In this document: one piece after another, positions 28,279-41,019 of the stretch
Layout: each line of letters starts with the position of its first letter
Numbering within the stretch: position 1 is the first letter of the stretch
Source of the DNA: an uncultured Acidobacteriota bacterium
GTDB lineage: Bacteria; Acidobacteriota; Thermoanaerobaculia; UBA5066; DATFVB01
Direction of reading: 5' to 3'
Assembly (NCBI GenBank): GCA_963813155.1
Contig: CAWEYG010000001.1
Coordinates: 672,001 to 736,000 of the forward strand
Length of the DNA: 64,000 nt
Notes under the pieces: generated by a model
Database searches by the model: none
What the model saw: only the letters and a program-made list of their open reading frames with translations
What the model was told of the DNA's origin: nothing
Made by a program: the position numbers and the translations under genes

Positions 28279-28312
28279 CGGCGATGCATCGCGCGAATAC
28301 GGGCGCGTGGCG
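28279..28312 (+). repeat. partial copy of the palindromic element at 31208-31332
   Basis: CGGCGATGCATCGCGCGAATACGGGCGCGTGGCG matches the reverse complement of 31296-31328 at 29 of 34 aligned positions. Confidence 0.55.
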
Positions 28313-28399
28313 TCCGGGGTACGTCGGACGGAAACCTCCCGGGTAAGCCGGAGTCGCGACACCGAAACGTCAAACAACTAGCTCAAACAGGAGTCAGAC

Positions 28400-30699
28400 T
28401 TGAACCGAAAACCACGCTCCGAGAATCCAAAGGCCAGCCTTCAAGGGAGCGCCTCGCCTTGCAGGAATTCCTCAAGGAAATCCCACCCTCGGCCGGCGAA
28501 AGGCTGGAGCGATCTCCGCGTGACCACCTATTCTCCGGCGCCGCGAGCTTGCCGGATCGATCGACTCCGCGAAATGGGAGCCCAGGTGCGAGTCACCTAT
28601 GAAACGAAGAACACACGCCTTCACGCGAAGGCGTGGTTGTTTCATAGAAGCACGGGGTATTCGACCGCGTACATCGGGTCTTCGAACCTCTCACGTTCAG
28701 CCTTGCTCGATGGTCTCGAATGGAATGTGCGGCTTTCCCAAATTGAAACCCCGGCGATCCTGCAGAAGTTCGAAGGTGTCTTCGAAAGCTACTGGGCAAG
28801 CCCCGATTTTGAAGAGTACGACACGGGTCGCGACGCGACCCGCTTCGACAGGGCCATTTCCAGCGCATTTTCGAGCGGCGCGGAGGTGCTCCCGCTCTCG
28901 CTCGATATCAACCCTTACCCGTTTCAAACGGAAATTCTCGAGAGAATCGAAACCGAACGGATTCGCCACGACCGTCATCGAAATCTCGTCGTGGCCGCGA
29001 CGGGAACTGGCAAAACCATCGTCGCGGCGTTGGACTTCAAACGGCTTCGCCGAAGCCTTGGCAATCCAAGCCTCCTTTACGTTGCCCATCGAAAGGAAAT
29101 CCTGACCCAAGCTCTTCAGACTTTTCGGACAGTCCTCAGAGATGGAATCTTCGGTGAACTCTACGTCGACGGGAGTCGCCCTGAAGAAGGCCGACATATC
29201 TTCGCGTCGGTACAGTCACTGGCCCAAGTCCCGCTTGCCCAGCTTCCCCCGAAGTCGTTCGACATCGTGATCATCGACGAGTTTCACCACGCGGCGGCGC
29301 CCACGTACGAACGACTGCTCAATCATTTTGAACCGAGAGAACTTATCGGCCTTACTGCGACACCCGAGCGGGCTGACGGACGCAGCGTGTTGGACTGGTT
29401 CGGCGGTCGTATCGCAGCAGAACTTCGCCTCTGGGAGGCCTTGGAACGGGGCCTCTTATGCCCGTTCCAATATTTCGGCGTTGCCGATGGGACGGACCTC
29501 TCGGGCGTCGCCTGGACACGCGGCGGATATCAGGACTCCGAGCTTGAGAACCTCTACACAGCCAACGACGCACGTGTTCGCCTGGTCTCAGAACCGCGAA
29601 CGGGCCGACAAGATGCGTCTGGGCTGCGTGAGTATCGCACGCTTTCAGCGAGGAATTCAACGAATCGGAATTCAACCTTCGCTGCGGGCGGAAGGGGAGA
29701 CAGGAGGAAGTCAACGTCATCTTCACGGTTGATCTATTCAATGGCGGTCGATCTTCCGGAGATCGACACCGTTCTTTTTCTCCGACCGACCGAGAGTAGT
29801 ACGGTGTTCCTGCAGCAGCTCGGTCGCGGCCTGAGGCGCCGGACGAAAAGGATTGCTTTCGCCCGAGGAAGTCAGACTCGTCGACGAGTCGAGCTGGCTC
29901 AGTTGGCGTCGCCTCGCAAAATCGTGCTCGACAACGCCGGGCCTCGGACGGCACTCGACTCCTGCAACACGCCACCGCACGCCTTCTGACGAAGTGAAGC
30001 AGGGGAAAGGGTGGGGCGCCTCCTCCGATTGGACGACAGGAAGAGGTAGTGCCTTCCGGATTCTTTTCCAGCGAAGGTCCACTCCGGAGGCGATGACTAT
30101 CACCGGCGCATGTTGATCGGCCTGCATTTTGAGGCCATCCGGAGTGAGCTGCTCCACTTCGACCTCCTTGACGCCGACGCAAACCACGTAACGATTCCCT
30201 TGACTTCGGAATTGGGCTGGAATCACCCGGTTCCGCTTTCCGTTCATGGCACCTACTCACTCAACGAGATCAGCGCCGCCTTCGGAAAACTCAGCCCGGA
30301 ACACCCGGATCGAATCCGGGAGGGCCTCTTCTTTGACGAAACAACAAAGTCCGACGTGTTTTTCGTAACGCTCGAAAAGTCTGAAACTCGCTATTCCCCG
30401 TCGACGAGGTATCGCGACTACGCGATCTCACGTGAGCTGTTTCACTGGCAATCTCAGAGTACGACCTCGGAGAGCTCGGCCACGGGCAACGCTTCATCCA
30501 CCACCGCGACCGGCGCTCAAACATCTTTCTCTGCGTCCGCCGAACTCCGAAAGATGATCAGCGAACGTCCCCGTACGTATTTCTTGGACCAGCGGACTAC
30601 GTCAGCCACTCGGGTGAACGCCCGATCTCTTTCGTGTGGAGACTTCGCCGCCCCGCCCCGGTCGATTTCTTCGAAGAATTCCAGCTGGCGGCGAGCTAG
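28400..30699 (+). pseudogene. degraded PLD nuclease-SF2 helicase-DUF3427 gene (SauUSI-like type IV restriction enzyme)
   Basis: RLHAKAW..GSSNLS (PLD), ATGTGKT, DEFHH, TATPER, FLRPTESSTVFLQQLGRGLR, YRDYAISRELFHWQSQS; several frameshifts and gaps; more A/T-ending codons than the flanks. Confidence 0.82.
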
Positions 30700-30712
30700 A
30701 AGCTCGAGCCCT

Positions 30713-31347
30713 CTACTCCTTCGGCGTCGGGGAACGTTCTCGAACGTGAGTACGGCGCCGGGCGCGATCTTTTCCTTCGCGGCGGCGCCGTCGGGGATTT
30801 CCAGCACGAACAGCGATTTCTCTTTCGGGCCGTACGTGGGGCACGGGTCGTCCTTGCACGGCGGCGTGTGCGCGTTGACGTAGATCACCTTGCGGTCCGG
30901 GTCCATCCAGACGATGTCGATCGGGAAGTTGCAGTTCTTCATCCAGAAGCCCTCGACCGACGGCGAGGGAAAGAGAAACAGCATCCCCCGTCCCGGCGCG
31001 AGGCTCTCGCGAAACATCAGCCCCTGCGCGCGCGACTCGGGGGTCGACGCGATCTCGACGGCGTAGCGGGCGCCCGAGGGGGTGACGACGGCCGGGCCGG
31101 CCTCCGGCGGTTTGCTCTCGCGGCCACCCGCCGGGGAGCAGGAGAGGGAGAGGGCGGCAAATAGAAGCGCCAGAACCGACCCGAAGTGATTCCCACTGGT
31201 TGGATGGGGCGCGGCGAGACGCGAGCCAGGCGGGATGCGGGCCGTCCGAGACGCCCGAGGCGTACTGAGGCAAGTACGCCGCAGGGCGGCGCGGGCGGCA
31301 CGCGCCCGCATCGCTCGATGTATCGCCGCGCCGGCGAAGGGTCTCAC
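30713..31347 (-). CDS. DUF192 family lipoprotein; probable frameshift at ~30730
   Basis: LSLSC lipobox, VEIASTPESRAQGLMFR, FWMKN, VLEIP; GTGA overlap with the pilR stop; adding one C to a C-run gives a stop at 30713. Confidence 0.8.
31208..31332. repeat. ~125-bp imperfect palindromic (REP/MITE-like) element
   Basis: Outer arms GGCGCGGCGAGACGCGAGC / GCTCGATGTATCGCCGCGCC, inner GATGCGGGC / GCCCGCATC, central GGCGTACT-N6-AGTACGCC. Confidence 0.7.
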
Positions 31348-32759
31348 ACTCCCTCCGCGTCGGCCAGAATCTCCTCGCGTTTGAGCAGCCCGTACTTCTT
31401 CGCGTAGTAGCGGAACGACCGGAACGACATGCGCAGCAGCTCCGCCGCCTGCGTCTGGACGCCGCCGGTCCGCTCGAGCGCTTCCTGCATCAGGCGTTTT
31501 CCGACCGTTTCCAGATACTCCTCCAGGTCCAGCCCCTCGGCGGGAAGCGAGCCGAAATCCGGCAGGGCGCCGGAAAACCGCGACGTGATCGAGACGGGCA
31601 GGCTTCGCGACGTGATGACCGGCCCGGCTTCGAGAGCGACCGTGCGCTCGAGCGTGTTCTCGAGCTCCCGCACGTTGCCCGGCCAGGGATAGTTCTCCAG
31701 AAGGCGCATCGCCTCGGCCGAGATGTTCTTCTCCGGGATCTTCTGCTCGCGGCAGATCTTGCGGATGAAGTGCTCCGCGAGAAGCGGAATGTCCTCGATG
31801 CGCGAGCGCAGCGGCGGCAGGGCGATCGGAATCACGTTGACCCGGTAGAAAAGGTCCTCGCGGAACTTGCCCTCGGCGACGGCGGCGGACAGGTCCCGGT
31901 TCGTCGCGACGATGATCCGCGCGTCGACCGCCTGCTCTTCGTTGCCGCCGACCTTGCGAATCGCCTTCTCCTGAAGGACGCGCAGGAGCTTGACCTGCAT
32001 CGCGGGCGACGTCTCGGAAATCTCGTCCAGGAAGAGCGTCCCGCCGTCGGCCTCGGAAAACAGCCCCTTCTTGTCGCGGATCGCTCCGGTGAACGCGCCG
32101 CGCTCGTGGCCAAACAGCTCCGACTCCAGGAGCATTTCCGGAAGCGCGCCGCAATTGACGGAAATGAATTTCTGGCCCTTGCGGACGGAGGAGAAATGGA
32201 TCGCCCGCGCGATCAACTCCTTGCCCGTGCCGCTCTCCCCCGTGATGAGGACCGTCGAGGAGATCTTCTCGATCCGGGCGATCGACTGAAAGATCTCCCG
32301 CATCCGCGAGCATTTTCCGATGACGTTCGCGAACGAATAGCGGTCCGCGAGCTCCTGCTTGAGATAGAGGTTCTCCGCCTCGAGGTCGCGGCGGGCGACG
32401 GCCTTCTCGAGCTTGAGAGCGAGCTCGCCGAGATCGAACGGCTTTCCGATGTAGTCCGCTGCGCCGCGCCGCATCGCTTCGACGGCGTCTTCGTGCGACG
32501 TGTGGGCGGTGATCATCAGCACCGGGGCCTTCGGCTGCGTCTCCCGAAACCTCGGAAGGAGGTCGATCCCCGAGCCGTCCGGCATCTTGATGTCGCACAG
32601 GATCGCGTCGAACTCGTCGTGGCCGGCGGCCGCGGAGGCCTCTGCGAAAGACCCGGCGACCGTCGTCCGGTGCCCGAGCTTCTGGAAGAAGATCGTGAGC
32701 ATCTCGCGGAGGCTCGCTTCGTCGTCGACGATCAGGATCTTGAGCTTCTGCGCGTTCAT
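31344..32759 (-). CDS. pilR: sigma54-dependent response regulator PilR (NtrC family)
   Basis: Receiver domain, GESGTGKE, GAFTGA, FREDLFYR, WPGNVRELEN, HTH; follows pilS. Confidence 0.88.
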   Translation of the reverse strand: MNAQKLKILIVDDEASLREMLTIFFQKLGHRTTVAGSFAEASAAAGHDEFDAILCDIKMPDGSGIDLLPRFRETQPKAPVLMITAHTSHEDAVEAMRRGAADYIGKPFDLGELALKLEKAVARRDLEAENLYLKQELADRYSFANVIGKCSRMREIFQSIARIEKISSTVLITGESGTGKELIARAIHFSSVRKGQKFISVNCGALPEMLLESELFGHERGAFTGAIRDKKGLFSEADGGTLFLDEISETSPAMQVKLLRVLQEKAIRKVGGNEEQAVDARIIVATNRDLSAAVAEGKFREDLFYRVNVIPIALPPLRSRIEDIPLLAEHFIRKICREQKIPEKNISAEAMRLLENYPWPGNVRELENTLERTVALEAGPVITSRSLPVSITSRFSGALPDFGSLPAEGLDLEEYLETVGKRLMQEALERTGGVQTQAAELLRMSFRSFRYYAKKYGLLKREEILADAEGV

Positions 32760-34382
32760 GCGGCCGACGACCCGGCTTCCGCGGCCCCGCGCGGCAGGCG
32801 AATTTCGATTTCCGTCCCGTGCCCGACCTCCGTCTCGACGAAGATCTTGCCGCCGTGCTCGTCGACGAGCCGCCTCACGATCGCCATTCCGAGGCCGGTT
32901 CCGCCCTCAAACGAGGCGGCGAACGGCTGGAAGAGCACTTCCTTTCTCTCGGGCGTCATCCCCCGCCCGGAGTCGCGAAAACGGATCGTGTACCAGTCCC
33001 CCTCGTCGCGGCCCGTCACGTCGAGGGTTCCGCCCCCGGGCATGGCGCACACCGCGTTCTTCGCGACGTTCCAGAAGATCTGCCGGATGTGGTCGGGGTC
33101 GCCGCACACGCGCGAATTGCCCGGTTCGATCTGGAGGCGAAGGCGGTGCTCGTCGGTGATTTCATGGCTGTTCGAGAAAGAGGTGCATCGCGTCGGTGAG
33201 CGTCGCCGCGAGGTCGAAGGACTCCTCGCGCTTCGGCCGCGGCCGCGCGTAGCGGAGAAAATCCTCCAGAATGGCCGACAGCCGGCGCGATTCGGACACG
33301 ATGATTTCGACGAGACGCCGCTCCGAAGAGCCGCTCCGCATCTCGTTGCCGAGCAGCTGGGCGGAGCCCGAGATCGAAGCGAGGGGATTCCGAATTTCGT
33401 GCGCGATGCCCGCCGCGAGCTGGCCAACGGCGGCGAGCTTTTCGCGCGAGCGCGCTTCGTCCTCGAGCTTTTTCATCTCCGTCAGGTCCTGAAAGAGGAG
33501 GAGCAATCCCGCGGTCCCCCTGAGGCGCCGGATCGAATAGCCGAGCGTGCGTTTCTCGGGCGCGCCGAGAACGACTTCGCCGCGGACGTTCTCGAGCGAC
33601 TCGATGCTCGCGAGCGTTTCGCGCCACGAGGCCGCGTCGAACAGCCCCACGTCCCAGATCGGCACGCCCGCGGATTCGAGCGCGCGGGTTTTCAGGATTT
33701 CCGCGCCGGCCCGGTTGAGGAACGTGAACCGGCCCTCGCGATCGATGGTGGCCACGCCCGAAGACATCGATTCGATCACGTCGCCGTGCAGAGCCCGAAT
33801 CCTCTCGAACTCGATCCGCCGCGCTGTGATTTCCTTCCCGGCGAGATGGAGCTTCTCCGCCATCAGCGACGTCAGGAGCGCGACGCCGTAGAAGGCGGCG
33901 ATGTTGAAGCACATGTTGAACAGGATCGTCGGGCCGCCCCAGTCGGGCCGCGAGGACAGCGGCGGCGGCGGGATGACGTCGTAAGCCGTCAACTCGACCA
34001 TCATGCCGTACAGGATCGACGCGATCGAAGCGATCAGAAGCGAGCCCGAGCGCAGAAGAAGGAAGGACGTCGCGGCGATCACGACGAGATAGAGGAAAGA
34101 GAAGACCGACTCCGCGCCTCCCGAGAAATAGACGAGGAGGGTCACGATCACGAGGTCGCCGCAAAGTTGGAAGTACGCCTCGGTCGCCGGTTGCACCGCC
34201 CGGCGAAGAAGCACGTAGCCGGTCGAAAGGAGCAACGCGAGGCCGGCGACGCCGATCAGGGACGAGAGCGGCAGGACCGCCCCCGCGGTCGCCTGCAGAA
34301 GGATCGAGGACAGGACGATCGCGCCGACGACGATCAGACGGATCGCCGTCAGGACACGGAGGGACCGGCGCAGGGACTCCAC
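32756..34382 (-). CDS. pilS: sensor histidine kinase PilS; frameshift at ~33178
   Basis: Multi-TM N-terminus, PAS, AHEIRNPL; N-box, DSGRG and GTGLG in another frame (extra T in a T-run). Confidence 0.85.
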
Positions 34383-34388
34383 GGCCCC

Positions 34389-35591
34389 CTATCCGATCTT
34401 GGAGATCAGCGTGAACATCGGCAGGTACATCGCGATCACGATGCCGCCGATGACAACGCCCAGAATCGCGATCATGACCGGCTCCATGAGCTTGATCAGG
34501 CCCGCGACCGCGGCATCGACCTCGTCTTCGAAAAATTCGGCGATCTTGTTCAGCATCGTGTCGATCGCGCCCGTCTGCTCGCCGACCGAGATCATCTGAA
34601 CGACCATGTTGGGAAAGACCTTCGAGTCGCGCAACGGCTCGGCAATCGTCTTGCCCTGTTCGACGCTCTTTCGGGTCGCCAGGATCGCGTCCTCGATGAT
34701 CGCGTTGCCGGCCGTCTTTGCGGTGATCTCGAGCGAGTCGAGAATGGGAACGCCGGACGCCGTGAGCGTCGCGAGTGTTCGGCAGAATCGCGCGACCGAG
34801 ATCTTCCGGAGGATCTCGCCGAAGATGGGCAGCGAAAGGAGGATCCGGTCGATCGTGTGGCGGCCGTTGTCCGTCCTGTAGTACGCGCGCACGGCGTAGA
34901 TGAGGGCGCCGATGAAGACCAGCACAAAAATGAAGTACCGCGCGAGAAAATTCGACGCCGCGATAACGACGCGCGTCGGCATCGGCAGCTGCGCGCCCAA
35001 CCCGGCAAAGAGGGCGGCAAAGGTCGGAATGACCTTGAGCAGGATGACCGCGACGACGCCCGCGGCGATTGTGATGACCGCGATCGGGTAGATCATCGCC
35101 GATTGCACCTGGCTCTTGAGTTTCACCGCTTTTTCGATGTAGGTCGAGAGCCGCTGGAGGATCGTGTCGAGAATACCGCCCGACTCGCCGGCGGCAACCA
35201 TGTTGACGTAGAGCGAGTCGAAGGCGCGAGGGTGCTTGCGCATCGCATCGGCGAGCGAGGAACCCGCCTCGACGTCCTGCCGCACCTGGTAGAGGATTCG
35301 CTGAAAGGACTTGTGGTCCTGCTGGACGGCGAGGATCTCGAGACACTGAACGAGAGGAAGGCCTGCGTCGATCATCACGGAGAACTGGCGCGTGAAGATC
35401 GCGACCTTCTTCGACGGGACCTTCCGGCCGGCTCGGGGCAGCGCGGCTTCCTTTCCCTTCTCGCGAAGGCCGCTGACGACGATGCCCTGGCGGGAGAGGT
35501 TCGCGAACGCGAGATCCTTCGAGTCCGCCACGAGAACGCCTTCCTGCACCACCCCTCCGCGGTCGCGGCCCTTCCAGACGAAACTCGCCAT
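34389..35591 (-). CDS. pilC: type IV pilus platform protein PilC
   Basis: FTRQFSVMIDAGLPL, AGESGG, AMIYP, YLPMF. Confidence 0.95.
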   Translation of the reverse strand: MASFVWKGRDRGGVVQEGVLVADSKDLAFANLSRQGIVVSGLREKGKEAALPRAGRKVPSKKVAIFTRQFSVMIDAGLPLVQCLEILAVQQDHKSFQRILYQVRQDVEAGSSLADAMRKHPRAFDSLYVNMVAAGESGGILDTILQRLSTYIEKAVKLKSQVQSAMIYPIAVITIAAGVVAVILLKVIPTFAALFAGLGAQLPMPTRVVIAASNFLARYFIFVLVFIGALIYAVRAYYRTDNGRHTIDRILLSLPIFGEILRKISVARFCRTLATLTASGVPILDSLEITAKTAGNAIIEDAILATRKSVEQGKTIAEPLRDSKVFPNMVVQMISVGEQTGAIDTMLNKIAEFFEDEVDAAVAGLIKLMEPVMIAILGVVIGGIVIAMYLPMFTLISKIG

Positions 35592-35603
35592 TCCTGCCTC
35601 CCC

Positions 35604-36728
35604 CTATGCCCGGCGCTCGCGCCCGGTCGTGGCGGCCGCCGCCGTGTTCACGCCGGAACCGCGATTGATCAGCTCCTGGAGCTCGTCGGCGTGGGAGGAG
35701 CGGTTCATGGCCGCGTCGAGGGTGATCATCCTCTTGTGGTACAGCGTCGCGAGCGACTGATTGAAGGTCTGCATCCCGTGCTTGATCTGGCCGGTCTGCA
35801 TCATCGAGTAGATCTGGTGGATCTTGTCCTCGCGAATCAGATTGCGGATGGCGGGGTTCGGGATCAGGATTTCCATCGCCATCACCCGGCCTTTGCCGCC
35901 GGCTTTCTCGAGCAGGGCCTGGCAGAGGATTCCCTCCAGAACGAACGACAGCTGAGTCCGGATCTGCGCCTGCTGGTGGGCCGGAAACGCGTCGATGATC
36001 CGGTTGAGCGACTGCGCCGCCGAGTTCGTGTGAAGCGTCGCGAGCGTGAGGTGGCCGGTTTCCGCGATTCGAAGAGCAGCCTCCATCGTGTCGAGATCGC
36101 GCATTTCGCCGATCAGAACGACGTCCGGGTCTTCGCGAAGCACGGCGCGCAGGGCATTGGGAAAAGAATGCGTGTCGGCATGCAGCTCCCGCTGATTGAC
36201 GACGGCCTTCTTGTGGGAATGCAGGAACTCGATCGGGTCTTCGATCGTGACGATATGGAGAGGCTTCTCGCGGTTGATCTTGTCGAGCATGGCGGCCTGT
36301 GTCGTCGTCTTGCCCGACCCGGTCGGCCCCGTGACCAGGATGAGCCCCCGCGGCTTGTCGCACAGCGTCTCGACGATCGGAGGGAGACTCAACTGCTGGA
36401 ACGTGAGGATCTCGTAAGGGATCTGCCGGTAGACACCCGCGACGGCGCCTCTCTGAAAGAAGTTGTTCGCGCGAAACCTCGCGACCCCCTTCACGCCGAA
36501 CGAAAAATCGAGCTCGAGGGTTTCTTCCAGGCGGTGCTTCTGGGCGTCGGTCAGCACCGAATAGGCGATCTGCTTCGTGTCGGGCACCGACAGGGGCGGA
36601 TACGGCAGAGGCGCCAGCTTCCCGTCGAGGCGCACCATGGGAGGGGAATTCGTCGTCACGTGGAGATCGGAGGCTCCCATTTCCACCATCTGTTTGAGCA
36701 GCTGGTGAAGCGAAATCGTTGTCGCCAT
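35604..36728 (-). CDS. pilT: type IV pilus retraction ATPase PilT
   Basis: GASDLH, GPTGSGKTT, LREDPD, AIRNLIRE, GMQT. Confidence 0.96.
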   Translation of the reverse strand: MATTISLHQLLKQMVEMGASDLHVTTNSPPMVRLDGKLAPLPYPPLSVPDTKQIAYSVLTDAQKHRLEETLELDFSFGVKGVARFRANNFFQRGAVAGVYRQIPYEILTFQQLSLPPIVETLCDKPRGLILVTGPTGSGKTTTQAAMLDKINREKPLHIVTIEDPIEFLHSHKKAVVNQRELHADTHSFPNALRAVLREDPDVVLIGEMRDLDTMEAALRIAETGHLTLATLHTNSAAQSLNRIIDAFPAHQQAQIRTQLSFVLEGILCQALLEKAGGKGRVMAMEILIPNPAIRNLIREDKIHQIYSMMQTGQIKHGMQTFNQSLATLYHKRMITLDAAMNRSSHADELQELINRGSGVNTAAAATTGRERRA

Positions 36729-36800
36729 TGAAACAAACTCCCTCGAAACAGTCTAGACCCGGAATCGCGAGAAATCAAATCACCGGGTGGCCCGTATCCC

Positions 36801-38678
<1,878 letters not shown>

Positions 38679-38696
38679 CGTTGTCGTCCTCGCTTC

Positions 38697-38725
38697 ATGC
38701 TAAGCGGGGCGCGCCGCGGAGTCAA
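38697..38725 (-). promoter_or_regulatory. sigma70 promoter of pilB
   Basis: TTGACT-N17-TAGCAT upstream of GAGG RBS and ATG. Confidence 0.65.
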
Positions 38726-39495
38726 CGACCGGGCGCCGCGGAAACGCCCGGGCCGCCTCCCCCGACGAGGCGGGCCGTGAGGGTCCCGAAGTTGAGCTTC
38801 GACCGGATGACGACGGGAGTGTGCCGGGAATCGTCCGCGAGCCAGAGCCAGAGGTCCCCGCCCTTCTTGAGCAGTCCCTCGCCCTTCATCTTGGGATGCA
38901 CCTTCTGGGCGCGAAACGTTCCCGCGGGAGTCTTGACGTATTCCTTCCCGAGCACGTCGACGACGAGGCCGTAGGCGTGCTTTCCCGAGACGACCTGGAT
39001 TTCGATCGGTTCGCCCGAAGTGAGCGTCCGGTTTCTCAGGTAGAACACCGCGGAAAGGGAATCGAAAATCGGCGGCTCGAACCGGATCGCCTTGCCTTCG
39101 CGCCAGGCCGTTTTCTTCGCCCCATCGAAGTCGATCTGCTCGTCCTCGACGCGGCTTCCTTCGACCGTGTGCTTCTCGAACCGGAGGGATTGAAGGCTGT
39201 CCGCGTCGACCCAGGAAGTGATGGAATCGCGCACGACGAAGAATTTCGAGATGAAATCGTTGGACACCGCCGACAGCTCGATCTTGTACGCCGGGCGCTC
39301 CTGAAAGACGATTCGATCGGAAGTCGAGATCGTCATCACCCCGCCGGCGAAAATGCCCCAGCTCATCGCGTACCGGAGCGTCTCGCCGGCGAACGCCGGC
39401 TCCGGGCTCGCCTCCGAGGCGAGCCCCCGGGAAAGGAAGGGGGCAACGAGGAACGCCGCCGCGGCGAACAGGCCCGGGATGGCGCCCGGCTTCAC
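38722..39495 (-). CDS. DUF3108 family exported protein
   Basis: Signal peptide, GETLRY, DSLSAVFYLR, KTPAGTF, LWLADD..PV. Confidence 0.75.
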   Translation of the reverse strand: MKPGAIPGLFAAAAFLVAPFLSRGLASEASPEPAFAGETLRYAMSWGIFAGGVMTISTSDRIVFQERPAYKIELSAVSNDFISKFFVVRDSITSWVDADSLQSLRFEKHTVEGSRVEDEQIDFDGAKKTAWREGKAIRFEPPIFDSLSAVFYLRNRTLTSGEPIEIQVVSGKHAYGLVVDVLGKEYVKTPAGTFRAQKVHPKMKGEGLLKKGGDLWLWLADDSRHTPVVIRSKLNFGTLTARLVGGGGPGVSAAPGR

Positions 39496-40505
39496 GTCGC
39501 GAGCTCCCGTCGGCCGAGCGCGGAGAGAACGGCCGACGGAGAAATCTCGCGCAGGCAGGGTTTCGTCTCGGAATAACGCGCGTTGCAGGGCGAGCAGGAG
39601 AGCCCGGCGTAGAAGACCGGACCGTTCTTTCGAAACGGCCCCGTTCTCGAGGGATCCGTGGGCCCGTAGAGTCCGACCGTTCGAACTCCGAGCGCGTCCG
39701 CCAGGTGAAGCGGCCCGGTATCGCCGGCCGCGAAAAACGACGCACCCGAAACGATCTTCGCCAGGCCGGGAAAATCGACGGCCGGGATTCGGAGCGCGCC
39801 CGCCCTCCGGGCGAGATCTTCCGCGCGACCCTCGTCTCCCGGACCCCACGAAACGACCGGGTGAACGCCGAGCTCGCGCCGGACCGCCGAGGCGAGCTCG
39901 GAAAACCGATCCTCGCCCCACGCCTTGTTTGCCCAGCCAGCCCCCGGGTGAAACAGCGCGAACGGACGAGGCGCCGCCGAAAGGAAGGTTTCCGCCGCCT
40001 CGTCGCGAATGCGAAGAAGATATCGGGCATCGGGCGCCGCGGAGGAGGCCGGGATCCGGATCGCTTCCAGCAGCGAGACGGCCTTTTCGCTCACGTGCCG
40101 CGCGGACGCGGCCGGTTCGACGCGGAGAGCGGAAAATCGGCGCGTCCAGTTGCGCCGGAACCGCGTGTCGTCGAGCACGACGCGGGGAGCGCCGGCGAGT
40201 CGCGAAACCCAGAACGACTTCTCGTTACCCTGCGGATCGAGGATCACGTCCGGCGCGAAGGCCCGCAGGGAAGAGCGAAGCGCCCCGAGCTCCCGCATTC
40301 CGTCGGGCAAGAAAAGACGCCGACGGATTTTTCGCGAATCGGCGACAATCAGCTCCGCGATGTCGGGATTGCCCCGGAGCAGCGACGCGAAGGGCCGCTC
40401 GACGACCCAGGCGACGCGGTGCCCCGCCCGCGCCGCGCCCGCGGCGAGCGGAAGCGCGTGAAGGATGTCTCCCATCGACGACAGGCGGACGATGAGGACG
40501 TTCAA
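39492..40505 (-). CDS. waaC: LPS heptosyltransferase I (GT9)
   Basis: [26 protein letters not shown]. Confidence 0.85.
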   Translation of the reverse strand: MNVLIVRLSSMGDILHALPLAAGAARAGHRVAWVVERPFASLLRGNPDIAELIVADSRKIRRRLFLPDGMRELGALRSSLRAFAPDVILDPQGNEKSFWVSRLAGAPRVVLDDTRFRRNWTRRFSALRVEPAASARHVSEKAVSLLEAIRIPASSAAPDARYLLRIRDEAAETFLSAAPRPFALFHPGAGWANKAWGEDRFSELASAVRRELGVHPVVSWGPGDEGRAEDLARRAGALRIPAVDFPGLAKIVSGASFFAAGDTGPLHLADALGVRTVGLYGPTDPSRTGPFRKNGPVFYAGLSCSPCNARYSETKPCLREISPSAVLSALGRRELAT

Positions 40506-40996
40506 GGAAGGGCCTTCACGCGGGAAATCAAATCGGTCGTCGCGTGGTCTTTCGGGTCACCGACGATCCGAACTTCGCCCCCGTACGACTCCACGACGCT
40601 CTTCTCCGGCACCGTGTCGCGCGTGTAATCCGTCCCTTTCGCGTGAACCTCGGGCCGGATCTCGAGGATGAGGTCCGCGGGCGAAGCCTCCGGGAACACG
40701 ACGACCGCGTCCACGCAGGCCATCGCGGCGACGATTTCAGCCCTCTCCCCTTCCGGCAGGATCGGGCGGGCGCTTCCCTTCGAGAGCCGGACGGAGGAGT
40801 CGGAATTCACCCCGACGACGAGGAAATCGCCCTCCCGCCGGGCCGCCTGGAGGTACCGCACGTGTCCGACGTGGAGAAGATCGAAGGCGCCGTTCGCGAA
40901 CACGATCCTCCGGCCCGAGCTCCGCACGCCATCGGCCTCCTTCCCGGCCCGCTCGCGGCTCCACAGCTTCGCCCTCGAACCTCCGGAATCGGCCAT
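40502..40996 (-). CDS. rfaE2: heptose 1-phosphate adenylyltransferase (RfaE domain II/HldC)
   Basis: [30 protein letters not shown]. Confidence 0.9.
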   Translation of the reverse strand: MADSGGSRAKLWSRERAGKEADGVRSSGRRIVFANGAFDLLHVGHVRYLQAARREGDFLVVGVNSDSSVRLSKGSARPILPEGERAEIVAAMACVDAVVVFPEASPADLILEIRPEVHAKGTDYTRDTVPEKSVVESYGGEVRIVGDPKDHATTDLISRVKALP

Positions 40997-41019
40997 TTCC
41001 GAAGGATAACGGATAACCG

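Noticed and set aside
31770-36731. 1653-aa plus-strand ORF and many other long ORFs antisense to real genes
   Set aside because: Shadow ORFs caused by high GC3 codon bias; Arg/Gly-rich with no recognisable motifs
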